Source of the DNA: an uncultured Chloroflexia bacterium
GTDB taxonomy: Bacteria; Chloroflexota; Anaerolineae; CG2-30-64-16
Assembly: GCA_963837925.1 (NCBI GenBank)
Contig: CAWIPK010000006.1
Coordinates: forward strand, 107,962-171,961
Length of the DNA stretch: 64,000 bases
Reading direction: 5' to 3'
The notes under the pieces were generated by a model, which was not told the origin of the DNA, did not search any database, and saw only the letters and a list, made by a program, of their open reading frames with translations. Shown piece after piece: positions 52,502 through 63,719 of this stretch. A program made the translations under genes and the position numbers. The stretch's first letter is position 1. The number at the start of each line of letters is the position of its first letter.

Positions 52502-52540
52502 AACACAAAGCCCCCACCCGCCGGACTGGCGGATGGGGGC
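52502..52540 (-). terminator. Second intrinsic terminator in the lys leader (13-bp stem GCCCCCAUCCGCC/GGCGGGUGGGGGC, loop AGUCC, UUUGUGUU), 30 nt upstream of lysW
   Basis: Seen in sequence. One G-U wobble, otherwise perfect. Confidence 0.5.
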
Positions 52541-52574
52541 TTGCGTTGACCGGTTTAGGGTGCGCGCGAGCCGC

Positions 52575-52652
52575 CTATCCGGACCTCCAGTCCGGCAGGT
52601 TGGTGCTCTGCTTCTTAGCGCGCGGCGCAACGGCCAGTTGGCTATGCATCAT
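52575..52652 (-). CDS. Candidate second lys leader peptide MMHSQLAVAPRAKKQSTNLPDWRSG (tandem Lys codons AAG AAG)
   Basis: ORF between terminator 1 and terminator 2. Contains a KK pair. Weak ribosome-binding site (gaaag). Confidence 0.3.
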   Translation of the reverse strand: MMHSQLAVAPRAKKQSTNLPDWRSG

Positions 52653-52681
52653 CTTTCGTGACCCATTCTGCAGACTGCCAG

Positions 52682-52720
52682 AACTAAAACGCCCCGCCGG
52701 GACCTTGTCCTGGCAGGGCG
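52682..52720 (-). terminator. First intrinsic terminator/attenuator in the lys leader (9-bp stem CGCCCUGCC/GGCGGGGCG with G-U wobble, then UUUUAGUU)
   Basis: Located 23 nt downstream of the leader peptide 1 stop. Its 5' arm is complementary to CUUGGCAGGGAC inside the leader coding region (possible antiterminator). Confidence 0.5.
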
Positions 52721-52742
52721 CTGTGCTCGACGGGTGTTGGCG

Positions 52743-52820
52743 TTACCCCAGGCACAAACAGCCGTCCCTGCCAAGGGAAGGCTTCTTGCACTTAGGGAAC
52801 TTCGGTGACACCAGCATCAT
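52743..52820 (-). CDS. Candidate lys leader peptide MMLVSPKFPKCKKPSLGRDGCLCLG (4 Lys codons in 7 residues, including tandem KK)
   Basis: Begins ~28 nt downstream of the predicted transcription start site of a consensus promoter. Followed by terminator 1. Confidence 0.45.
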   Translation of the reverse strand: MMLVSPKFPKCKKPSLGRDGCLCLG

Positions 52821-52853
52821 AAGGCACAAATCTCTCTGAAAAGAATGTGCGGC

Positions 52854-52881
52854 ATTATAACCCGATGTGGCCAGATGTCAA
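52854..52881 (-). promoter_or_regulatory. Consensus sigma-70 promoter (TTGACA-N16-TATAAT) for the lysW cluster
   Basis: Minus-strand ttgacatctggccacatcgggttataat. Both hexamers are perfect consensus. Confidence 0.55.
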
Positions 52882-52919
52882 ATCGCGCTAAGGCGCGCCG
52901 CGCGGCTCCCGGCTCCCGG

Positions 52920-53357
52920 TCAGGTGGCCGGAGGATGCCCGGCGAGGGCAGCCAGCCCGAGGAGATAGCTGTCGGCGCCGAAGCCACTGATCTGCCCACG
53001 GCAGACAGGCGCGAGGACAGACGTGTGCCGGAAGGACTCGCGGGCGTGGATGTTGCTCAGGTGCACCTCGACCGTCGGGATGCTGGCGCCGGCGATGGCG
53101 TCGCGCAGCGAGTACGAATAGTGCGTCAGCGCGCCCGGATTGATCAGCAGCGCATCAGCCCACCCGCTCGCTTGCTGGATCGCGTCGATCAACGCGCCCT
53201 CGTGATTGGACTGCAGGATGCGCAGGACGAGGCCCCGCTCCTGCGCGCTGGCCTCCAGCCGCTCGTTGATCTCTTCCAGAGTCAGTGTGCCGTAGATTCC
53301 GGGCTCGCGTTTGCCGAGCATATTCATGTTTGGGCCATGCAAAACAAGGACATTCAT
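52920..53357 (-). CDS. aroQ: 3-dehydroquinate dehydratase type II
   Basis: [19 protein letters not shown]..., HLSNIHARE. 145 aa. Confidence 0.85.
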   Translation of the reverse strand: MNVLVLHGPNMNMLGKREPGIYGTLTLEEINERLEASAQERGLVLRILQSNHEGALIDAIQQASGWADALLINPGALTHYSYSLRDAIAGASIPTVEVHLSNIHARESFRHTSVLAPVCRGQISGFGADSYLLGLAALAGHPPAT

Positions 53358-54995
53358 CGCGTGCTTACCCTTTGATCTTCGCCGCTGCCGGATGGGCGGT
53401 TGTCGGGCAAGCTGATGCTTGCCAGCGCGCGCGCCACTGCCTCGGCCGGCACATCCTCGACCAGCGTCACCTCACCGATGCGCAGCGGCAGAACGAAGCG
53501 CAGGGCACGCCCGCGCCGCTTCTTGTCGGTGCCCATCGCCCCCAACACTTCCTCGAGATCAAACTCGTGCGTAAGGGGCAGTCCGAGACGCCCCACCGCC
53601 TCGCGGATGCGGAGCACCAGGCCCGCATCACAGCGGCCGAGCTCCGCGCTCGAGTTCCGCTGCCGCCACCAGTCCCAGGGCAACACCCTCACCGTGGCGC
53701 AGGCTGTAGCCTGAGACCAACTCGAGGGCGTGGCCGAAGGTGTGGCCGAGATTCAGCCAGCTCCGATCGCCGGCTTCGTAGGGATCGCGTTCGACAATCG
53801 TGGCCTTGACTCGCACCGTATCGGCGATCATCCCGGCCAGAGAATCCGGACCCGCGCCGGCGAGCGCCTCAAACAGCGCCGGGTCGCCGATGACGGCCGT
53901 CTTGAGCACCTCCGCCAGGCCTGAGCGGAACTCACCCGCCGGCAGCGTCGATAGGACGGCCGGGTCGATCAGCACCAACGCGGGCTGCTTGAAGGCACCG
54001 ACCAGGTTCTTGCCCTGTGGCAGGTCGACCGCCACTTTGCCGCCCACGCTGGCGTCGACCATCGCCAGCAGGCTGGTCGGCACCTGCACGAAGGGCACGC
54101 CGCGCAACCAGGTGGCCGCGACAAGGCCGGCCATGTCGCCGACCACTCCCCCGCCCAACGCGATCACCGCCTCATCGCGGCTCATGCGCGCCTCAGCCAG
54201 CCGTTCATAGAGGTCGCCGGCGGTCTTCAGCGTCTTGTACGCCTCGCCATCCGGGACCTCGCAGATGACCGGCTCAAAGCCGGCCTGCGCCAGGGCAGCG
54301 CAGAAGGCGGCCCGATGATGCTTTGCGACGGCGGGATTGGTCACGACGGTGCAGCGCCCGGGGCCCAGCCTGGCGGCCAGCAGACGAGCGCCCGCCTGCG
54401 GGAGCAGGTCCTCGGCGATCAGGATATCGTAGGCGGAGGCGGCCCCGTCCCCCATCCTTGCCACCAGCCGATGCCCTCCGTCCGGCAGATCTACCACCGC
54501 CCCTAGCACCCTCTCCGCCGCGGCGGCCACCGAAAGATGGCCCGTGTCCAGGTGCTTCGGGACGGCTGCGTAGGCCGCCTCGCGCTCGGCCAAGAGGGCC
54601 AGCATGCGTGCCGGGCGATCAGAAGCCCAAAGCATCGGCCGGTCGTGGCGGCCGGCTAACCGCTCGAGGAGTATATCAGGCTCGGCTTCCAGGCAGATCA
54701 GCATTCCACCGGTTGCCAGCGCATCTCGGTTGGCGGCATTGACCACAGCGCCACCACCCGTCGCGACCACCAACCCGGCCGGCTCGCCGAGCTGACGGCA
54801 GGCCTCGGCCTCCAGCGCGCGAAAGGCTGCCTCACCATCTTGGGCAAAGATCTCCGTCACCGGCTTGCCGGCCCGCTGAACGATGAGGTCGTCCAGGTCG
54901 ACGAACCTGCGTCCCAGGCGTTCCGCGACCACGCGCCCAACACTCGTTTTCCCGGTCGCCATAAAGCCCGTCAGCACGATATTTCGCTCAGGCAT
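53354..54995 (-). pseudogene. aroB: Bifunctional shikimate kinase / 3-dehydroquinate synthase (AroK-AroB fusion) with an apparent frameshift at ~53628-53692 separating the last ~105 codons
   Basis: Upstream frame ends ...LVAAAELERGARPL*. The overlapping ORF 53354-53692 encodes the AroB C-terminus (...[19 protein letters not shown]...). The shikimate-kinase P-loop GFMATGKTSVG is at the N-terminus. Confidence 0.6.
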
Positions 54996-55006
54996 CCATC
55001 CCCCGT

Positions 55007-56188
55007 TCAGTCCTCGTAGCCGAAGTGCCACTCGGCGTTATCCATGGGCAGGTCCTTGACCCGCGCACGCGGTAAAGCGGCGAAACGCGGCTTCTGTTCG
55101 GCGAGCGAATCGCCACCCAACTTGCGGATCAGTTCGCCGGCCAGCACCCAGGCGACCATCGCCTCGCCGACGACGACCGCGCGCGGCACCGCACAGAAAT
55201 CCGAGCGCTCGTATCGCGTCGGCGCCGGTTCTCCGCTGGCAAGATCCACGGAGCCGAGCGGCGTCAAGGTGGTGCTGATGGGCTTCATCGCCGCCCGCAA
55301 GATCAGCGGCTCGCCCGTCGTCATGCCGCCTTCCAGTCCGCCCGCCCGGTTGGAGGCCCGCCGCAAGGCCCCATCCTCCCCCACGATCGCGTCGTGCACG
55401 CGCGTGCCGGGCAGGCGTGTGTTGGCGAAGGCCGGCCCGATCTCGGCGCCCTTGATGGCCTGAATCGAACCCAACGCGCCCAACAGGCGGCCACTCAGGC
55501 GCCGGTCAAAGTGTACGTGGCTGCCCAACCCCGGCGGCAGGCCGAGGGCGATCACCTCGAAGACGCCTCCGATGGTATCGCGCGCCTGCATGACATCCCA
55601 GATGGAGCGATGCATCGCCTCGGCGGCCGCCGGATCGGGACAGCGCACGTCGTTCGTCTCGGCCAGCGCGAAACGCTCGGGGTAGGGCAACTCGTCCGGC
55701 AGGTCACACTCCACCTCGCCGATCGAGATCACGTAGCCGCCGACTTTGATGCCGAACTCGGCCAGGTAGGATTTGCAGACTGCGCCGACGGCCACGCGCG
55801 CCGCGGTCTCCCGGGCGCTGGCGCGTTCGAGGGCCGGACGCAGATCGCGGTAGCCGTACTTGAGCGCCGCGGTCAGATCCGCATGGCCGGGCCGGGGCAC
55901 GGTCATGGGCGGGATTGCCTTGTCCGCCCAGGCCTTGTAGTCCCGGTTATCGATCTCCAACGCGACCGGCGCCCCCGTCGTCTTGCCGGCCAGCACTCCA
56001 GCCGTTATACGTACGTGATCGTGCTCGATGCGCATCCGCCCGCCCGAGCCGTAAGACTGCTGGCGGCGCGCCAACTCCCTGTCAACCGTTTCGGCGGTCA
56101 GGGGAACGCCGGCAATCATGCCCTCCAGCAGGGCCGTCAGTCTTGGACCGTGGCTCTCGCCGGCCGTGAGAAAGCGTAGTAGCGGCAT
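55007..56188 (-). CDS. aroC: Chorismate synthase
   Basis: MPLLRFLTAGESHGP, GGRSSARETA-like motifs. 393 aa. Confidence 0.85.
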   Translation of the reverse strand: MPLLRFLTAGESHGPRLTALLEGMIAGVPLTAETVDRELARRQQSYGSGGRMRIEHDHVRITAGVLAGKTTGAPVALEIDNRDYKAWADKAIPPMTVPRPGHADLTAALKYGYRDLRPALERASARETAARVAVGAVCKSYLAEFGIKVGGYVISIGEVECDLPDELPYPERFALAETNDVRCPDPAAAEAMHRSIWDVMQARDTIGGVFEVIALGLPPGLGSHVHFDRRLSGRLLGALGSIQAIKGAEIGPAFANTRLPGTRVHDAIVGEDGALRRASNRAGGLEGGMTTGEPLILRAAMKPISTTLTPLGSVDLASGEPAPTRYERSDFCAVPRAVVVGEAMVAWVLAGELIRKLGGDSLAEQKPRFAALPRARVKDLPMDNAEWHFGYED

Positions 56189-56189
56189 T

Positions 56190-57089
56190 TCAGTTCCTTC
56201 GGACCGCAGCGCGCATCACGTCTATGGGGGCCGGTTGCCCGGTCCACAGCTCGAAAGACTTCGCTCCCTGGTAGACGAGCATATCCAGGCCGTCGATGGC
56301 CTGTGCGCCGGCCGCGGCGGCCAGGCGCAGGAACGGCGTCGGCCCGGCCACCTGTTCGCCCGTCCCCGGTGCGTAGACCAGGTCGTAGACGACCTGGTCT
56401 GGGCGGAAAGCGACGACGGGATCCCAGGGTAACGGGTCACTGTCAGCGTGCAAGCCGAGACTGGTGGCGTTGACCACCAGGTCGGCCTCCTCGGCCAGCC
56501 TTGCAAGGCCCGCCGGGAACGGGTACGTGGCGATGCGCGCCGAGGGCAGCGCGGCCAGGACCAGGCGGCGCAGCGCCGCGGCGTGCTCCGCGCTCCGGTT
56601 GGCGACCGTCAGGGTAGCGCCACAGTCGGCCAGGGCATAGGCGATCGCCTTGGCGGCGCCGCCGGCGCCGATCAGCAGAACACTGCGCCCCGCCGGCTCG
56701 CAGCCGTGCGCCCGCAGGTCCTCCAGGAAGCCCACTCCATCCGTGCTGTCGCCCAGCAGCGTGCCGTCGGAGCGGACAACGATCGTATTGACTGACGCGA
56801 CCGCAGCCGCGATCGGGGCCAGGGCGTCGAGGACGGGCAGTACCGCTGCCTTATGCGGCACGGTCACGTTCACGCCGGCAAACCCGAGGCCGCGCAAGGC
56901 CCGCACAGACGCAGGTACGTCGGCGGGCGGCACCGGCAGGGGCACGTACACATAGTTCAAGCCCAGCGCGGCAAAGGCGGCGTTGTGCATGGCCGGGCTG
57001 CGGCTGTGCTCGACCGGCCAGCCCATGACCCCGACCAGGCGCGTGGAGCCGTCGATACGTGGCGAGAACCGTGCGCTGCCCCCGAGCAT
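56190..57089 (-). CDS. aroE: Shikimate dehydrogenase
   Basis: True start MLGGSARFSPRIDGSTRLVGVMGWPVEHSRSP. The track ORF has a 137-aa spurious extension. GAGGAAK Rossmann motif (LLIGAGGAAKA). Confidence 0.8.
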   Translation of the reverse strand: MLGGSARFSPRIDGSTRLVGVMGWPVEHSRSPAMHNAAFAALGLNYVYVPLPVPPADVPASVRALRGLGFAGVNVTVPHKAAVLPVLDALAPIAAAVASVNTIVVRSDGTLLGDSTDGVGFLEDLRAHGCEPAGRSVLLIGAGGAAKAIAYALADCGATLTVANRSAEHAAALRRLVLAALPSARIATYPFPAGLARLAEEADLVVNATSLGLHADSDPLPWDPVVAFRPDQVVYDLVYAPGTGEQVAGPTPFLRLAAAAGAQAIDGLDMLVYQGAKSFELWTGQPAPIDVMRAAVRRN

Positions 57090-58417
57090 CACGCCCACCG
57101 GATATCCGCCCCCAGCGCCTGCATCGTTTCCACAAACCCCGGGAAAGAGTCGTCGATGAAACCGGCGTCCTGCACGACTGTCTCGCCGTCGGCGACAAGA
57201 CCGGCCACGGCCAGCGCCATCGCCAGCCGATGGTCGTGATGGCAATCGACGCGCGCGCCGTGCAAACGGACGGGCCCGTGGATCAGCATGCCGTCCGGCT
57301 GCTCGTCTATGCGCGCGCCCATTTTGGCCAGTTCGGCCGCCACGGCGCCGATGCGGTCCGTCTCCTTCACCCGTAACTCGCTCGCGTCGCGCAGCGTGGT
57401 AGTGCCAAGCGCCTGGGTGGCGGCGACGGTGAAAATCGGGAACTCGTCGATCGCCCTCACCACCAGCTCGCCCCCGACCGCAGTCGCGGTGAGCGAGCAA
57501 GCCTGCGCTAACAAGTCCGCGACCGGTTCGCCGGCATCGTCAGCGCCGGCGGCTCTATCCGGCGATAGCGCCGTCAGACACTGGCCCATGCCCGCCAGCA
57601 GGTCGCTCAGCCCGGTGCGGGTGGGGTTGACACCGACCCCTTGCACCTGCACTTCTGAGCCCGGCACAAGGGTCGCGGCGATCAGCGGGAAAGCCGCCGA
57701 CGAATAATCCGCGGGCACGCTGATCTGTCCCCCGTGCGGCCTTTGCAGGCTCTGCCCGCCATCCAGACAGATCGTCGCCCCATCGACCCGCACGTCCAAA
57801 CCAAACGAGCGCAGCATACGCTCCGTATGATCGCGCGCCGGACCCGGCTCACGAATGACGGTCTCGCCCTCGGCAAACAGGCCGGCGAGCAGCAGGGCCG
57901 ATTTGACCTGGGCGCTGGCGACAGGCATGTTGTATTCGAAGCCATGCAGGCCCGCGCCCTGGATGGCCAGCGGTGGCAGCCTGCCGCCCTCTCGTCCCAG
58001 GACCATTGCTCCCATCTGGCGCAATGGTTCGGCCACCCGCGCCATCGGGCGGCGGCGCAGAGCCTCGGTGCCGGTGAGAACGCTCAGGAACGACTGGCCG
58101 GCCAGGATCCCTGCCAGCAGGCGCATGGTGGTGCCCGATCCCCCGCATTGCAGCACATCGGCCGGCTCGCTCAGCCCGTGCAGGCCCACTCCGTGTACCA
58201 GCAGATCGCTGGCGCCCGGCTGCTCAACTGCGACTCCCAGCGCCCGAACGCAGCGCAGCGTGGCCTGGCAGTCCTCGGCTGCCAGCCAGCCGGAGAGCGC
58301 GGTATCACCCTCCGCCAGTGCACTGAGCAGCAAGGCCCGGTGGCTGATCGATTTGTCGCCCGGCACGCTCACTCGGCCGCGCAGCGGTCCAGAGCGGCGC
58401 ACTCTCAACTCACGCAT
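57089..58417 (-). CDS. aroA: 3-phosphoshikimate 1-carboxyvinyltransferase (EPSP synthase)
   Basis: LRGRVSVPGDKSISHRALLLSALAEG. Start taken at MRELRV. 1-nt overlap with aroE. Confidence 0.85.
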   Translation of the reverse strand: MRELRVRRSGPLRGRVSVPGDKSISHRALLLSALAEGDTALSGWLAAEDCQATLRCVRALGVAVEQPGASDLLVHGVGLHGLSEPADVLQCGGSGTTMRLLAGILAGQSFLSVLTGTEALRRRPMARVAEPLRQMGAMVLGREGGRLPPLAIQGAGLHGFEYNMPVASAQVKSALLLAGLFAEGETVIREPGPARDHTERMLRSFGLDVRVDGATICLDGGQSLQRPHGGQISVPADYSSAAFPLIAATLVPGSEVQVQGVGVNPTRTGLSDLLAGMGQCLTALSPDRAAGADDAGEPVADLLAQACSLTATAVGGELVVRAIDEFPIFTVAATQALGTTTLRDASELRVKETDRIGAVAAELAKMGARIDEQPDGMLIHGPVRLHGARVDCHHDHRLAMALAVAGLVADGETVVQDAGFIDDSFPGFVETMQALGADIRWA

Positions 58418-58486
58418 GTTCACCCCGCGATCGGCTGGGGCCCTCAGGCAAGAACTCGTCCCGCCGGATAGCCATCCCCGGCCCAA

Positions 58487-59391
58487 TTATGTGGGAGAAT
58501 GGTCACTGCGGTCAATTTCCAACGCGTCGCGCAAGGCGGAGACAAAAGAGCGGGCTGCGGCCGCGGCCGCGCTCTCCTGCCCCGGCCCGGCACCCAGCCC
58601 CGAGCTGGCTTGCTCGACCACGTCGATCAGCTTCGAACCGACGATCACGCCGTCGGCTGCGCGGCCCACCCTGGCTGCCTGCTCGGGCGTCGAGATGCCG
58701 AACCCAACCGCCAGAGGAATGGCGCTGGCAGCGCGCGCGCGGGCGATGAAGGCCTCGACGTCGGTGGAGAGGCTTGCCCGCGCACCGGTGACCCCGGTCA
58801 AGGATACCAGGTAGAGGAAGCCGGTGGTGCGGCCCGCCACCTCACGGATGCGCTCGGCGCTCGCGGTCGGCGCCAGCAAGTAGACCAGGGCGCAGCCCAG
58901 GGAGCGACAGGCGGCCTCGATCTCGCCCGCCTCCTCCGGTGGCAGATCCGGAATGATCAAGCCATCAGCGCCGGCCGCGACCGCATCCGTCACAAAGCGA
59001 GTGGGCCCATAGGCCAGGATGGGATTGACGTAGCCCATCAGCAAGAGCGGCTGGCGGACGCCGTTCCGACGCAGCCCGGCCACGACGGCAAGGCAGCCCC
59101 GCACGGTCATGCCCTGGCGCAGAGCGATCTGCGTGGAACGCTGGATCGTCCGGCCATCGGCCAACGGGTCTGAGAACGGCACGCCCAACTCGATCAGGTC
59201 CGCACCGGCCTCGGCGATGGCACGCACGACGTGCGTCGAGGTCTCCGCATCAGGGTAACCCAGCGTGTAGTAAGGCATCAATGCGGCCCGACCGGCACGG
59301 TGCGCAGCCGCGAAAGCCTCGGCGATACGCTCAACGCCCGCCAGGCGGCTTTCACTGCCTGCCGCACCGTCCTGCCGCTCAACTGTCACGC

Positions 59392-59395
<4 letters not shown>
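58487..59395 (-). CDS. trpA: Tryptophan synthase alpha chain
   Basis: [29 protein letters not shown]. Confidence 0.85.
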
Positions 59396-60641
<1,246 letters not shown>

Positions 60642-60645
<4 letters not shown>

Positions 60646-61313
60646 GAGTCGACCTCTTCCCTCCGAACAGCGGCAACAAACTCGAACATTTTGGCACGAT
60701 CCTTTCTGCCTGGCGCAGATTCCACGCCCGAGGCCACATCTACTCCCCACGGACGGACGAGGCGCACAGCAGCGGCGACGTTCTGCGGCGTCAGGCCGCC
60801 GGCCAACAAGATGGGATAGTCCGCAGCCAGGCTTGCAGCCAGACCCCAATCGGCGGCCTGACCCGTGCCGCCATATAGACCCGGCTGGGCGGCGTCGAGC
60901 AGTAGGGCCGGCGCGCGCGACCGGCGGTCGCAACCGTAGCGCGCCAGGCTGGCGCGGGCGGCAGCCGGGGACGATGGGCGGATGGCCTTGAACGCCCGCT
61001 CCCCCAGTCCCGCCAGCAGCTCGACCGGCTCGTCGCCATGGAGTTGGGCCAGGTCCAGGCCGCACTCGTCCAGGGTCGCCCGGATCTCCGCCAGCGAAGC
61101 ATTCACGAACACGCCTACGGTCGCCGCGGTGCTGCCCCGGCTCCGCAGGGCCGCCAGAATGCGCGCGCAGCCGGCGGGCTCGACGTAGCGCGGGCTTGTC
61201 CGGTAGAAATTGAAGCCCAGCAGATCCACCCCGGCATCGAGCGCCGCCAAGGCGTCGTCCAGTGTCTTCAGGCCGCAGATCTTGACGCGCACGCGGTCTA
61301 CCATCTCTTCCAT
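60642..61313 (-). CDS. trpF: Phosphoribosylanthranilate isomerase
   Basis: [27 protein letters not shown]. Start at [10 protein letters not shown]. Confidence 0.8.
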
Positions 61314-62098
61314 TCCGATCCGGCCAGGTCCCGCACCGCCGCGGCCACATCCGGTGCGGTCACGAGCGCCTCGCCCACGAGCACAGCGTCGATGCCGGCT
61401 CCGCTCAGCCGGGCCACATCTGCCGCAGTGTGGATCCCACTCTCGGCGACGACGCACACGCCGGCAGGGATGCGCGGACGCAGACGTAGCGCAGTCTCCA
61501 GATCAACGGAGAAGTCGGCCAGGTCGCGGTTGTTGATGCCGATCAGCCGGGCTCGGCAGTCGAGCGCGCTTTCGAGCTCGACCACGTTATGTACCTCGAC
61601 CAGGGCGGCCATCCCCAATTCCTCGGCCAGCGCGCGGAGACTTGCGAGTTGTGCCCGTGACAGGTGCGCGGCGATCAGGAGCACGCTATCGGCGCCGGCG
61701 GCGCGAGCTTCATAGACCTGGTAGGGGTCGGCGATGAAGTCCTTGCGCAGCAGTGGCAGGCGCGGCCGGCAGCCGGCGATCTGGCTGAGATGTGCCAGGG
61801 AACCACCGAAGTAGCGTTCATCGGTGAGCACGCTGATCGCTGCCGCCCCGTTCTCGGCGTAGATGCGCGCCAGGCGCAGCGGGTCGAAAGCGGGCGCGAG
61901 CAACCCGCGCGAGGGCGAAGCGTGCTTGACTTCCGCGATCAGCGCCGGGTGGGGCCGAGCGGCGCGCAGGGCGGCCACGAAATCAAGCGGCGGGTCGGCT
62001 TCTGCGGCGCCGGCCTGCACTTGCTTGAGTGGTACGGCCGCCTGGCACTCTTCCACCTCTTGACGCTTGTGCGCGAAAATATCGGCCAGAATACTCAT
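61298..62098 (-). CDS. trpC: Indole-3-glycerol-phosphate synthase
   Basis: [21 protein letters not shown]. 266 aa. Confidence 0.85.
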   Translation of the reverse strand: MSILADIFAHKRQEVEECQAAVPLKQVQAGAAEADPPLDFVAALRAARPHPALIAEVKHASPSRGLLAPAFDPLRLARIYAENGAAAISVLTDERYFGGSLAHLSQIAGCRPRLPLLRKDFIADPYQVYEARAAGADSVLLIAAHLSRAQLASLRALAEELGMAALVEVHNVVELESALDCRARLIGINNRDLADFSVDLETALRLRPRIPAGVCVVAESGIHTAADVARLSGAGIDAVLVGEALVTAPDVAAAVRDLAGSEWKRW

Positions 62099-63141
62099 TG
62101 CAGGACCGGTGCGGTCTGCTGAGCTGCCAGCTGCTGGCTGAGCGCGATCAGGCCGTCGAGTTTCGCCAGGGCCGCCCCGCCATCCAGCGACTGGCGGGCC
62201 TCCCGCAGGCCTCGCCCGAAGTCCGCGTCCTCGAGGGCCAGTGCCGCGGCGGCGTTGAGCAGCACCACGTCGCGGCGAGGGGTCACGTCCTTGCCACTCA
62301 GGAGCGCGCGCAGCATCCGCGCGTTCTCGGCCGGTTCCCCGCCGTGCAGATTGCCGTTGGCGGCCGGGCGCAACCCCAGATCACGCGCGTCGAAGGAGAA
62401 CGTCGAAACCCGCCCGTCCTTCAGATAACTGACCGTGTTCGGCCCATCGGTCGTCAGCTCATCCAGGCCGCCATGGCCGTGAACGACGAAGGCCGCTTGC
62501 CCGCCCAGCTCGCCCAACACCTCGGCCAGCGGCCGGGTGAGTTCCGGGGCGTAGACGCCGATCAGCTGGTGCCCAACGGATGCCGGGTTAGTCAGTGGTC
62601 CGAGCAGATTGAAGATCGTCCGCTGGCCCAACTCGCGGCGTACGCCCGCAGCGTGTTTCATCGAGGGGTGGAACTTCAGCGCGAACAAGAACCCGATCCC
62701 CACTTGCTGGATGCAGGCCGAGACTTGCTCCGGCGTGAGCTCCATGCTCACCCCGAGGGCGGCCAGGACGTCGGCGCTGCCACACTGTGAGGACGCAGCG
62801 CGATTGCCGTGCTTGGCCACCTGGCGCCCGGCACCGGCGATAACGAAGGCGGCGGCGGTCGAGATATTGAACGTGTGTGCCCCATCGCCCCCCGTGCCGG
62901 CGGTGTCAAGCAATGGGTGCCCGTTCGGCGGTACGTGTACCGGGCAAGCCTCGGCGCGCATGGCGCGCGCGCTGCCCGTGATCTCCTCCACCGTTTCACC
63001 CTTCATGCGCAGGGCGATCAGGTAGCCGCCGATCTGCGCGGGGGTCGCTTCGCCGCGCATGATGATCCCCATGGCCTCCTCGGACTCGGCAGCAGTCAAG
63101 CTGCGCCCCTCTGTCAAGCGGGCCAGATATGGCTTCAACAT
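62095..63141 (-). CDS. trpD: Anthranilate phosphoribosyltransferase
   Basis: DTAGTGGDGAHTFNISTAAA, GNRAASSQCGSADVLEALG. Confidence 0.85.
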   Translation of the reverse strand: MLKPYLARLTEGRSLTAAESEEAMGIIMRGEATPAQIGGYLIALRMKGETVEEITGSARAMRAEACPVHVPPNGHPLLDTAGTGGDGAHTFNISTAAAFVIAGAGRQVAKHGNRAASSQCGSADVLAALGVSMELTPEQVSACIQQVGIGFLFALKFHPSMKHAAGVRRELGQRTIFNLLGPLTNPASVGHQLIGVYAPELTRPLAEVLGELGGQAAFVVHGHGGLDELTTDGPNTVSYLKDGRVSTFSFDARDLGLRPAANGNLHGGEPAENARMLRALLSGKDVTPRRDVVLLNAAAALALEDADFGRGLREARQSLDGGAALAKLDGLIALSQQLAAQQTAPVLQ

Positions 63142-63143
63142 GG

Positions 63144-63719
63144 CTAGAGCTCCTTCATCTGCAGGAAATTGCGCAGGATGCGTTTGCCGTGCTCGGTCAG
63201 CACGGATTCGGGATGGAATTGCACCCCGTAGACCGGATAACGGCGGTGGCGCAAGGCCATCACCTCACCCTCTCGGGTGAAAGCCGTGACCTCGAGCTCC
63301 GGCGGCAGCGGCTCTGCGACGATCAGCGAGTGGTAGCGGGTGGCCTCGAAGGGACTGGGAACGCCCTGGAAGAGGCCGGCGCTGTAGTGGTAGATGGCCG
63401 AAGTCTTGCCGTGCATCAGGCGCGGGGCGCGCGTCACGCGCCCGCCCATGGCTTCGCCAATGCACTGGTGGCCGAGGCAAACGCCCAGGATGGGCTTGCG
63501 CGGGCCCAGACGCCGTATGAGTTCAGTGGAAATGCCGGCCTCCGCGGGGGTGCCAGGTCCCGGCGAGACGACAATGTGGGTCGGATCGAGAGCCTCGATC
63601 TCGTCCACCGAAACGGCGTCGTTGCGAAAGACTTGCAGGTCGGCGCCCTGCTCGCCGAGGTACTGGACCAGGTTATAGGTGAACGAATCGTAGTTATCGA
63701 TTACGGCGATCATGCTCAA
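63144..63719 (-). CDS. trpG: Anthranilate synthase component II (glutamine amidotransferase)
   Basis: Catalytic triad context [27 protein letters not shown]. Confidence 0.85.
   Translation of the reverse strand: MSMIAVIDNYDSFTYNLVQYLGEQGADLQVFRNDAVSVDEIEALDPTHIVVSPGPGTPAEAGISTELIRRLGPRKPILGVCLGHQCIGEAMGGRVTRAPRLMHGKTSAIYHYSAGLFQGVPSPFEATRYHSLIVAEPLPPELEVTAFTREGEVMALRHRRYPVYGVQFHPESVLTEHGKRILRNFLQMKEL

Noticed and set aside
52473-52919. Lysine riboswitch (L-box) upstream of lysW
   Set aside because: The leader lacks the conserved L-box helices. A consensus promoter plus Lys-codon leader peptides and terminators fit a peptide-attenuation mechanism better.
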